Of a stretch of 64,000 nt of DNA, positions 12,001-24,700 are shown piece after piece. Under the pieces are notes generated by a model, which was not told the DNA's origin, ran no database searches, and was given only the letters and a program-made list of their open reading frames with translations. The DNA comes from Paragordius varius. Lineage: Eukaryota > Animalia > Nematomorpha. Position numbers and translations under genes: made by a program. The DNA lies in contig OZ176052.1 in assembly GCA_964247055.1 (NCBI GenBank), positions 7,192,001 to 7,256,000 of the forward strand, in the 5' to 3' direction. Numbering within the stretch: position 1 is the stretch's first letter; the number at the start of each line of letters is the position of its first letter.

Positions 12001-15000
12001 TTGCATGAGTTGGAATCGATTTGTCGGAGGCCACAAAATGGCTTCAGGAGGTGCTGATGGGATTGTCTCATTATGGGATCTTAATGAGGGCAAACAACTC
12101 GGCACTCAATTGCATATCCATAAAGCCAAAGTTTCTTAATTATTTAGACCTATCACTAATTTACAGAATAGCTGTTTTTGTTAAAAATAGTGTTGAAATT
12201 TAACTGATATTTGTAGATTTAAGCGCACTTAAATTGGTAGTTATAAAATGAATATCTAAAGGAACGATTGTAATGTAAATCTATAGGATAAGTAAATTTA
12301 AGTTATAAGTGGATCCCATATAACTGAAATATAGTATATAATTTAATAAAATCTTACTATTCAATAATTTAACCTGAATAATTAAAAATTATAAAAAATA
12401 CTTTATAAATGCTACGGAATTAAAAGAATTTAATTTATTGATTTTTACAAAATTATATTTTTATCGGTTTATATTTTAATGGTAATAATGTCTTTTTGAT
12501 TTAAATACCGATTATAAACTTACAGTTAATATTTTTTAGCTAATTTTTTATCTAAGTAATTATAACTATACGGTTAATTTATTTTATATTAGTTCACTGT
12601 TTCCAATGTTTATAAAAATATGTAGTTTTTACGCTAACAATTAATCAATATTTATAATTTTGATATTGTTTATTCATTGAACTACTAATAAAATGTTAAA
12701 GTATAAGTTTGAGTTAAATTTATAATTAAAATATATCAAGGCCATCAATTAGAAATTTCATAACCTTTCTCTCTTGCGATAATTATATTGCATAGTTTAA
12801 TTTATATATTGTGTTCTTATCATATCCAGATTTATTCCATTATTTTTTTAATATAAATATCGTCCATCATAATTAATTACATGTTTAACCTATTTTTCTG
12901 TTCAAATAGATTAATTCATTGGAGTGGCATCCCTCAGAATCACATTTACTTTTATCTGCTGCTTCCGATGGGTAATTTTGAAATTTTAATCCATTTTTTA
13001 ACTTATTACTTACAATAAATTTAGCCTTTTATACTATTGTTATTTTATAATAAAAATTGAAGTTATACAAAACGTTAAAACTAAAAGACAACTCACTGAA
13101 AGGCAGCCATACTCCGTTATTTTTTAATATAACCTAACCTCTCGTTCTGGGTCGCAAGAAAATGAATAAGATATGTAAATTCACAATTATAATTATAAAG
13201 GTTTATAATCAGACTAATGTTTAGAATGCTATAAGTTTCTTTAAAAAATTGGTCTTTTAGTTTTCAGATTTTCCTTTAACATCTATATTTATTGTAAACT
13301 TATAAAAAAAGTCAAATAGTGGTTTTGGATGGAAGGCAAGCAACTGAGGAAAATGTCACTTTGAAAGATGCATGCAAGAAAATTGAGCTGAAAAACGAAG
13401 ATATTGAGGGTGCCTATTGGAACCCACATGAATCATTCCAAATCATTGTATGTATGTTTGTATATGTAAAATTGATCAATAATAAGCTTTTCAAATTTAA
13501 ATATATTTTATTTTAAGTTGATATAGTTCATAATAACACTATCCTACAAATTTACTAATTTTTGGGTATTATTGAATGAGTCAATAATTTAAAAACTTTT
13601 AATCATTTTTAATTGTTTTTTTCAAATATGTGTAGGATTTTAATTATTCTTTACTAATATAAATTATATATTAATTTAATTTTACATATATCTTTAAAGC
13701 AGGGTATGCGGGTAATGAACCATTTATTTTTTGCACAATCGAAGTTATTTTTGGGGGAGTCCATTTTATTATTATTTATTCAACACAAAATTAAGAAATG
13801 TGAAATGGTATATCTGATGCAATTATCGTAAAGCTTTGTTTATCATTGTAATGCATTAAACACCTAAACTATTGCAATTTTATTTACGAAGTTTTTTAAA
13901 GCAATTTTTTTAAAGATAAAAATTTTAAAGCACCGAAGTTTTAAACTTAAAGATTGGCCTTAATATGTTATCAATTGTCAAAACCTTTATCATTTAAATT
14001 ATTGTTAAACAAATGTCTTTCATATTTTTTTTTACTTTTCAGCATATTTATTATTTTACTTTAATGTTGTTGACTTATTTTTGTTATATAATTTAGATAT
14101 TTTTTATTTACAAATTCCATTCACTAGGCAGGAACAAACTCTGGCTATATACATATTTACGACTGTCGAAATTTAAAAGAATCACTTTTTACCATAAATA
14201 CCTTATCATCCGATATCATATCCAATAATGCTGCCAACATAGACATCAACGAAACTAGAACAACTGGAAAAAAGAAACGGAAGGTTGAAAAGCAAGCCCC
14301 TTTAGATTTTGAAAGTAACTTGTTTTTTATCAATATTATTTGTCTAAAGAGATTATCAAGTATTACAAACTAGTTTTTAAGTTTCTTATTAAAACTATAT
14401 AAAAAATTTTTTAATTCACATACAAACAAAGAATTTTATTCTCGTGTTCAGATAGTTTTATATAAAAATTACTTGCAATTAAAAATAGGCTAAATTTGAG
14501 GCATAAAAGGTTTTGTTGCTAAAAAATTTACCATAATTATTATTTTAATTAAATGAAGCTTAACAGAAGATCTAAAATATACCATTTTTTCAGCCATTAT
14601 TTTAAGTATTTTTCAATTACCAATCTTTCTAGAACCAACTTAAACGTATTAAAGCATCTTTTTGCTAATTTAAACGCGGATACGAGATTTTAATTAAAAT
14701 GTTTAAAAGTATTTTAATTATACATATCTACTTTTTAGCGTTTGCCTTTGATTTATGTTACCCGGCCTTGATAACATCTCATAGCAAAGAATTTTGTATC
14801 AAATTATGGGATGTATCAAAATTCGATGGTTCAACACAAGTATCACCCGAACCAATCAAAGTTGTTAAAAGTTTAGTTCGTAATATACACACTCTTAAAT
14901 TCGCCGTTCAAACTGATGATAATAATAATAATAATAAAATAAATAATACATTACTAAAAAGCTCTTATACCCTGGCATATGCTGGATTCAGTAAAAAACC

Positions 15001-15031
15001 ATTTGTTAAAACAATTAAATTGATGCAATAA
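9076..15031 (+). CDS. PWP1: Periodic tryptophan protein 1 homolog (WD40, ribosome biogenesis/chromatin), 486 aa; exons 9076-9138, 9160-9460, 10416-10541, 11349-11488, 11978-12130, 12910-12971, 13312-13447, 14128-14314, 14739-15031
   Basis: All introns are GT-AG and phase-compatible; CDS 1461 nt. The product has the PWP1 N-terminus (SCFTWVPPGFAAEKP), an acidic region, IKPNDYLI, YVYNEVEDSFYVHHDI..DSIPLSCEWL, VWDLDVDGALEP and WD repeats (MASGGADGIVSLWDL; INSLEWHPSESHLLLSAASDG; YWNPH; IKLWDV). Confidence 0.93.
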
Positions 15032-15701
15032 ATATATGTATTGTTATATGTCGCTTTGCGAAGACATTTTTCTACTCGCATAAATATTCTTTATGTTAAG
15101 TAAAAGAAAAATATATCATTTGGTGTTAGTAACAGTTTGAAACGAATTCGGATAGTTGATTACATCAAGTCAACTCAAGATTGTATAATCTTAACATATG
15201 TAAGGGCCATGTGAATGAGCCGGTTAAAATGGATGTTATGACCTATATTTTACAAGTTGAGGGAGCCCCCATTTTTGTGGATTTAGATAGTTTAAATACC
15301 TTATATATAATTCATAAAAGGAGGGTTATAAGTTTCAAAAATTTGATAATTGGTTTAGGGTAATCGATCATTTCAAATAATATTAAAAGACACGTTCTTT
15401 ATCTTAATGCTTAAAATTTGTTCATTAACGTTAAATTCATTTATCGCAAATGTAGAATTAGTTATATTAATTTTTAATTAACATGATAATAGATTGGTTT
15501 TTGACCCATTCAACTGTATTATATAATTTAAAGCACCATTTATAAAACAATAAGAATGAAATACCATGATAAGTTATCAAGAGCAATACTGAATCATTTT
15601 TTATTTATTAATTATTATGGATGTGTATTGACTATTCTATAATGTTATAACTTTAATTAGATGATGTATTATAGAGCCCCATAGTAATAGTTTATTGTTT
15701 A

Positions 15702-18700
15702 TTAAAAAAATGTATTTGGTTTAACGGTATTCTCACATGTCTTGATTGCGTTCGTCCTATATAAGACGACCTGACCTCTCAATGACTGTGAATGATCTGG
15801 TCTTGGCACCGAGGCGACCCAGTTTTGGAAGGTTAAGACGACATAATTTTTGTAAAAAGTAGTGTCAACTTGATCATCTCCCTTTGTTATGCTTACTTCC
15901 ACACCTCTATTGCTTTGATGGATCACCATCTATGCATTGCATTATATTAAATATATATTTGTTTAGCTATTGGCATTTTTTACCACAGAGCGATTTCGAA
16001 TATACATTTAAAAATATCTAGGATATTTTGGTCCAAATTTAAAAATATGTTAGATTAGGCGCATTATACAAAAAAATATTTTTTAAAAATGTAAAAAATC
16101 TTATTTCAATATTTTAATCCCCAAATTTTTTGTTTTAGACAAAAAAACTTGGAAATAAAAATGTTTGGTTTACAAAAAAATTATAAACTAATTTTTAATA
16201 ATTCTAATTTTGTTATCATTTTCAGTAGATTTTAGAGATTTTTATCTTATCTTTATTGTATAATAATACCTTTCAGCCTTATTTTTTGTTACAAAATTTA
16301 ATCTCTGGGATTTTAGGCTGAAAATTCTTACATAAAATTCAAAATCAAATGTACTGTTAATAAAGTATACCTTTTTTTGTTTGTGTGCTTGCAAATCGAT
16401 TTTGTCAGAGCTGTTAAAAAGATTAACTATAGATAGATAGTTATAGGTTCCTGCAGCATCAAATGTTACCTATCAATAACATATTAAGATGCAAAAATTG
16501 AATATAGAAAAAATACCTTAAACAGGACATATAGATTATAATTATTATTTATCCTGCTTAGATAAATTTTTAATTTAGCGAAATTCTTACCATTGAAACC
16601 ATCAAGTGAAAATGACTAAGATAGTTTCATATATTAGTTATTAGGAGTATTGTTAAATTTTTTTGTGAGAATGCATTATATTAACGTAATTTAACAATGG
16701 CTATATGTCTAAAGTGACCAGATTTTTTGAAGAAAAAAGCGGGACAAATCTGAGAAAGGGGGGCATGGGGTTCCAACCAAAAAATTTTATACAAAAAATT
16801 TATTGTAATATTTATTTATTTTTAACACAAATACATTATAAATATATATAAATATTTTATTTTTTGGTATATTTTTTTATTTGAGGGAATGCGTTTTAGC
16901 AGATTCTCATCCTTTTTTAAAATATAAGTCTTCACAAGTATTCGTCAAATTATATTTGACAGATAAAATGGCCTTTAAAGTTTCGACATGTAAATTTGAT
17001 TTTTCCGATGTCCACACCTGATTTAGTGTGGAAAAAACGTTCTCAGTAGCAGCGGTTTTAGGTAAAGACTAATTCCACAATTTTTAAAATATTGTATGGA
17101 ACATAGTTTGTTTCAAAATGATGAAATATTTCTAACAATTTCTTTTCTACTGTATTTTTTGTAGTCCATAATTTAAATTTGTCATTATTAATATATTTTT
17201 TAACTCTTCAGAAAAAGGATGATTTTCTGAAAGATTACTTTTTGGGAATTTTTGGGAGATGCAGATGTAATCAAATGATTTTTGAACATCGCACCAATTA
17301 AATTCTGGTTTTAATGTTATCCAATGATCATTGGATTGCACCGTCCAGTCTTCCAATAATCTTTACAGTTTGTTTAAAACATTTTTATATGGTACAGGAT
17401 ATCTTGGCGATTTATTAAGCTTTGTTTTTATAAATTAATTATAATATTGCGGATGGTTAATGGTATAAAATTATTTCCTTGACATTGGAATTTTAGGTTA
17501 CCAACTTCATTGGCTACTTTGATTGCCAAAATTTTGTCACCTTCTATAAATTTAATAACATTTTGAAAGAGAGAAGCTTGATTAAGTAGGAGTAACTATA
17601 TTTTTGAAGAGTCACTTTCAAAAAACTTTTGGAAAGTTGTAGGACATTTGTCCTGAGATAAAAAATAGGATTTTAAAGGATCGCACATTTTTAATGGCAG
17701 AAGAGCTAACCAACGAGTTTTACAATACATTTTTAGATAATAAACTTCGGCATTTTCACAGAATTCCCTTAAGCGTTTCAACGCGTACCATGTATATATA
17801 AAAATAGGAATGTTTAACAACTACATTTTTAATATCTAGGGATATCATATCAGCTGTTTGAATAGCGTTGTGTAATATATGTGCACACCCAGCGCCAATA
17901 ATGTTTTGATTAAGATTATCTGCTAATTTATGAAAAATATTTTTTGTTCCCCTCCTTGCTTTTCCACCGAAGTTGGTATTGTTGTTGTCAGCGCAATATG
18001 CGATGATTTTATTTTTTAAATTATTTTTTTCTAGAATATTCATTATTGAAGTAAAAATTATGTCGGAATTTTCACTGAGAGAAATAGAACTAAAATCTTA
18101 ATCTTTACTCCGGTTTATGGATAGGGATAAGAAATTAATTTTCAGCAAATCTTTTTGTATTTCAGAAAATGCATGTGGCGAAAGGACATTGCATACAATG
18201 ACTTCAGCCTTTGTACGGGCACATGTAAATTTTTTATTGAATAATGTACGAATAATCTATGAGGTACAATCCATAGATCTAAAGGAATGATTGTGATTAA
18301 CCGCGTGAAGAGATAAAACGCCTTTGGCTAGTGTCAAATTCTTTTCTTCCTATCCAAAAGCGGTTTTTCGATAAAAATCGCTCACTTTTAAGATGATGCC
18401 GCCATATCTAAACAATTCTTATGTTTCTGTGTTTCCATATGCTTTGTAAAATCATGCTTGCTGCCATGTGTTAGGGTGGATTCCCCTTCGCATAAAAAAC
18501 ATTTAACAAATGATTCATACTTCGTTTATTTGATAAAAGAAAATTTCATTAATTTATGGTTGAATTAATAACCTCTTTTTGTACTCATATTTTTTTTACT
18601 AATATTAGTTAAGATAACTAATGATAAAAAATTTATACGAATTTTTTAATAAAAAATTTAAATGTATTAAAAAAAATATTTTTTATATAATCTTGAAAAA

Positions 18701-21700
18701 GCGGGACATTTCGAAAACGTAGCGGGACGCGGGACAAAGTGTGAAAAAGCGGGACTGTCCCGCCAAAAGCGGGACGTCTGGTCACCTTATATATGTCTCA
18801 GGATCTGAAAGAATGTAATAAAATAACACTTATAATTTGTCCGATATTGTGATAACTATTTCTTAATTGTTATTTATTATTTTATCGAAAAATGTTTTAT
18901 AATTAAGGTTGTATATTAAAACAAATTTAAAAGTTTCATTTTGATGTAGAATGTTTATGACGTTTTATTTAAATAAATAACCTCATTCAAAGCAATTTGA
19001 ACATTCTCATCATTGACATAGTCCTTTAATAGGTCCGGGTTGAATGGCGTAAAATCGTCAATGATTTTTACCCCCTCCAAACTGCCTGATGAATATCGAG
19101 AGGCAATCCCTTCATACAGTGTATTATTGATGCGCACCAAATTTACACGGCTATTAATGAACAAGATGTTCTTAGTCACTTATATAAAACTTTATTTTTT
19201 ACTGAAATATATAGTTTTAAAAATTGTCAACATTAATTTATACCCAAAATCGGGGGCTATAATAACCTGATGAAATATATATATTCTGATAGGAAAATGG
19301 ATTATTATGATGCTTTTGGTTTTTGGCCCTTACGAGTGATTTACGAATGTTATACACTTTGTGGTAAGTGCTCCATATCAGAAAATGGCAAAATTTGCGC
19401 ATATTTTTTAAAAAAATTTTTTGGTGAAAGCTAGAGACTTGATTCCAATAAATATTTCTAAAATATATCATACTACATATAAAGAGCAAAAAAAATTTTA
19501 GATGTGGGCTCCAAAAGTCCCAATATTTTTTGCTCTTCTAGAATGGGCTAATCCTCTTAAAATAAACGCAAAAATGCGGGGATCGAGCGATAAAACTTTG
19601 GAATATATGCTATATTTTGACATCAACAAAAAATATTTTTTTAAAAAAAAGCATAATTTTTGAAAAACTAATTTTGAAAATTCTGTTGAGGCGTACTTCA
19701 CACTATTTTGAATCATGATGGAAACGGTTTGGCTTTAATATATAATAAAATTCGATGATGATGAACATTTTTATTACCTCAGAATTTTGATGAAAACATT
19801 CGTTTGTCCTAAAATTTATGTTTTATTATTGTTTTTTTTACTGAATTCATCTAATTTTCTAAGCTAACAAACCGTAATATAAAAACTCTGAAGTGTTAAA
19901 AAAAGTGTTTTTATAATATACCATTTACAGTTCAAATTCACACTTGAACAATTCAAATTCACCCTCCAACATTTCAAATTCACCCTTGAACAATTCAAAT
20001 TCACCCTTAAACAATTCAAAATCACCCTCGAACAATATAAAGTTACCCTAAAATAAATATGTGTTTTAAATTAAAAATTACCTATATTTTTTATATTTTT
20101 ATGAAATGAAATTTTCTTTAAAATTAATATAATACTGAAAAAAAATAAACTATGCCATAAGAATATATTTCATATTAATGATGAGTTATATTAGCCAGAA
20201 AACACATAATTTATTTTTAGGGTGAATTTGAATTGTTTAAGGGTGATTTTGAATTGTTTAAGGGTGAATTAATTGTTTAAGGGTGAACTTAAATTGTTTA
20301 ATGGTGAATTTGAATTGTTCAAGGGTGAATTTGAATTGTTCGAGGGTGAATTGTAAATGGTATATCTAAAAGTTTTATACCGTTTCGAGCATGCCACACA
20401 CAAAAGTATGAAGTAGCTTCAACAAAATTTTGCTAAATATTAATTTTTTTAAAGTATACAATTTTTAAAATTTTGGTAAATATCAAATTTAGCATATAGT
20501 TAAAGTTTCGTCACGCAATACCGGCATTTTTGCGTTCATTTTAAGAGGACTAGCTCATTTTAAAGGAACAAAAAATTTGGGACTTAGCCCACATCTAAAA
20601 AATTTTATTAAAAATATTGTTTTACTTTTTATATGTTATTTATGATGTATTTTAATGATATTTTTTGGAATGAAGCCTCTAGCTTTTACCAAAAGGCTTT
20701 TCTTAAATCACTCGTAAGGGCCAAAACCAAAGGAACCATCATAATCCTGATATATTTCTCTATCAGAATATAATTTCATCAGATTATTTTTTTGTGGACA
20801 CTGTGCTTTGTCAAAGTATAATTGGTAAAATTCATAATAAGTTTATATAATGGTATTTAAAATGTTTCATGTATATTGCAAAAGTACCTGTATAGCACAC
20901 CATCGTTATAGATATTATAAGTATCAGATTCAGTCAAAAACGCGCAAATATCTTTCATATCATAGTACTGATCTATAAAAAAACAAAGAATATCGCATCT
21001 TTGTAATAAAATTACACATGTTCTTAGTCAAAAAATTATAAATATTATTATTCCAATTTTGTCAAAAAGTTAGAAACCCCTATAAATGATCAATTGAGTA
21101 TTTAAAAATTGATATAAAATAAATAAAACCTATCTAATACTGTTTATAAATATATTTTTTGACATTTAGCTGACAGTATGTAAACATAATTCTATCATAT
21201 GGGTAAAACTGCTCTCAAAGGCCATGTACATTAAACTCTTAAAATATTTAGAAGTGTATTTCAGGATAGATGTAAACAAAACTGCTTAAATAGCTGTGTA
21301 ATCCTTTACAGGTTTTTTGGTAAAAAAGCATATAATTTTGAAAGGATTCAATTATATATATATTGTTCTAATGGCCATCGGCTTACACATTTTGTCGCTG
21401 CCCTCTTTCACATTAAAGCCACAACTTTTAAATTTTGGAAACCATGACATGTTCTAATCGATGGAGCATGATCACTATATGTTTTACCAACAAACGACAT
21501 TCAGCAGCCTTTTCCTTCTGATAAAATAAGAAGATCAATGATGCCGCAATAGGCACAAATTTCGACATGATTATGTATGATAAAAATAAGACGTTACCTT
21601 TTGGCAGACTCATATTTTGTGTTAGTTTAATAAAGGATGAACAACATGAGATGCAACAAAACGTTAACGACATATGACTATACCTGGTATAGTCCGGTTT

Positions 21701-24700
21701 AATTATGCTTTGTGTTGCACGTTAAGAATAATTATTGCATAATATGTAAAACAATATCATCACACCACAAATTAAAGGGAAATATAACTAATCATTAATT
21801 AAAGGTTTAATCGAAAGAGCTTTATTTACAAAATTAATCATAATAACAACATTTCCTTTTCTAAAAAGGTTAATAAAGCTCTATCAAAATCTATTTTCTA
21901 TGAGGAAATATTAAAAACGAACGGCCAAGGACAGTAAAAAATATTTCATTTTTTTTTAAGTTTTAAACTTTTTGATTATAGGAAAATCAAATATTAATTC
22001 AGAAATTAATTATTACATCTTGATAATTATACAATATTCCCAATAATTAACTATGTTTTCAAAAAAGACTTTTATAATTAACACAAATATTTAATCTTCC
22101 CACAACCGAAGAGAAAATCTTTAGTTTTATTGTGCCGTTTTGCTCAAAAAGATACCTTATAAAAGCATGAAATTTAATTCTGACATTAATAGGATCTTAA
22201 TTTCATAATCCATGTTTAGCAATAGAGATCATCTCTATTGTTAAATCACTTTAAAAAAAAAATTAAATTTAATGAGACAACTTCATTTAACATTTTGTCA
22301 TATGCGGATACTGTTAATTTAAAATAACATGGATATTATTTGAATACAATAGGATTTTGATTGGATTAATTAAGTTTGAGTACATATACATTGCTAGGTT
22401 TTCATCAATTATTACCGGATAGTATATGCAGCAAAGGGAATATTATTGGCTGTGCTTTTACTACTATTTCCAATAATAAAATTCTTTGCTCTATATGCTA
22501 TCGGGCAATGTATAATAAAAAATTAGCAACTTATATTTATATATTACTGGGTTCAGCACTAAGGAATTTGCGATATGAGCGCGTAATATTGCTGGACGTA
22601 TCTGTAGTTTGTGGAGCATCAAGAGCCTTTAAGCCTCCAGATTGTGAGTGAAAGATTTTTACGACATAATAATTTTCATAAAATTCTTTAACCATTACAG
22701 TACCATCAATGTTTTGGGCTTGGATCTAAAAGAAAATATATTAATAACTGTTTAATGTTTTAATATAGTTTCTTTGTTAACAAAGTTGCTTTAATAAATT
22801 TTATATTTTAATAATTTTTATCATATTTTCAGTCAAAAGCAACATTTATAAAAGCAAAATTATTTCGGTTGTTTTTGCTTGAAAAAATGTTGCGTTTGGT
22901 TGCAAATGTTACTTTTGTCTAAAAATGGCATAACATTTAAAATAATTTTTTTAATGTTTGAATTTAAGTTTTGTGTAACCTTCCTGATGGCATCTGCATA
23001 ATAGCTGAAAGATTGGCCTTTCATTTCAAAGCAATCTTCACCATTTTCTCGGTATCTCATAAAACACATTGGATAGGATTCGTTGAGAGGAAAAGATTGC
23101 CAAGTTTTTCCTAATTCAATCTGTTTTTAAATGATATGGTTATTACTTTCAAAAATATTTAAAAAATTTAAATAAAATTTATTTGTCCATACAATAAGTA
23201 TAAAAATAGATTATTTAAAAGGTATTTCTGAAATTGGCTTTTTACATTAAAAATTTATCTTAAATTGTCTTAAACAAGATGGCCCTTATGTGTTTTTGAT
23301 ATGGAAACTAGTGGTTATTCAAAAGTACATATCATATATGTGGTTACCTCAAATCAAATAATGATTTGTGTAGATAGGTTTTGAACAGAATTATATCTCA
23401 TTATATACCGTTTCCTCAAAGTTTTCCCAGTTAATCGAAACGTTTTTCCAGTCAATCGAAACATTTTCCCAGTCAATCGAAACATTTTCCCAATCAATCG
23501 AAACGTTTTCCCAGTCAATCGAAACGTTTTCCCAGTCAATAAATACTTTTTCCTAATAAAAAAACGGTTTTATTTTTCATAATAAATATCAAAAGAAGAT
23601 ATAAAAAGAAGTTTTAACCATTATCAGCGTGATATTAGAATATATTTTTTGTAAAACACAATTATTGAATGGCAATTTTCCAATTTTTGTCGATAATATT
23701 GTCGGGAAAAAATATCTAAACAAAAAATTTTTTAGATAAAAGTTTTGATTTGAAAATATTAAATAAAAAGGATATTTGACTAAAATAGTGGTGTCCTACA
23801 CAAATGGTTTCGCGGGCCACATTTTTAACTCAAAAAGTGGCGAGCCGCATTCGAAATATATACGGGCATTCATAAATAATTTATTCGATTTTAGACGTAA
23901 GCCTGAAATTACAAACACAATATAACAATTTTTTTCAAGTTCGTTGCCAAACATACTTATTCAGAAAAATTGCGTAAGAACTATCAATTTTACTTAGATT
24001 ATGGCCATATTTTTGCATATGGGTTTCCAAATCTTTCGCGGGCCTCAGAATCTCCCAGGGCCGCGTGTTGGCCACCTCCGGAATAAAGGTTAATTATATT
24101 ATATAAATTATGGCAAAGTAGAGATGTTTAAAATCCAATTTAAAGCGTTAAATGACCAATTTGAGACGAAAATGGTATATTTTAAAACTTTTATTATTTC
24201 AGTCGTGTAGATTTTAAAAGTTAGCCCAAAATATGCTTGCCATTGATAGAATAAATATTATTATAAATATTTTATTAAAAATACTCAAATTCCACAAAAT
24301 ATAACCTTTATAGAATAAGTCATTAATGATTGTGATTGGAATGTAATTGGAAAAATTGCCATTCAATAATTGTGTTTTACAAAAAATAATATTCTAATAT
24401 CACGCCGATAATGGTTAAAACTTCTTTTTAAATTGTTTTGAATACCATTTACAGTTCAAATTCACCCTTGAACAATTCAAATTCACCCTCGAACAATTCA
24501 AACTCACCCTTGAACAATTTAAATTCATCTTTTAACAATTCAAATTCATCCTAAAAATAAATTTTGTGTTTTTGAACTAATATAACTCATTTATTAATAA
24601 GAAATATATGTTTATGGTATAGTTTATTTTTTTTTAGTATTATTTTAATTTAAAACCAAATTTTAATTTTTAAAAATATATAAAATATAGGTAATTTTAA

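Noticed and set aside
12021-12203. Listed ORF MSEATKWL...
   Set aside because: Wrong frame of PWP1 exon 5.
13268-13319. Alternative PWP1 model with a 26-nt exon (13268-13293) and a 26-nt intron
   Set aside because: In frame, but it adds about 6 residues to a WD blade; the acceptor at 13311 gives SDGQIVVLDGR, which matches PWP1 spacing.
15181-15363. 60-aa ORF between the converging PWP1 and paralog 1 3' ends
   Set aside because: No recognisable motif or splice partners.
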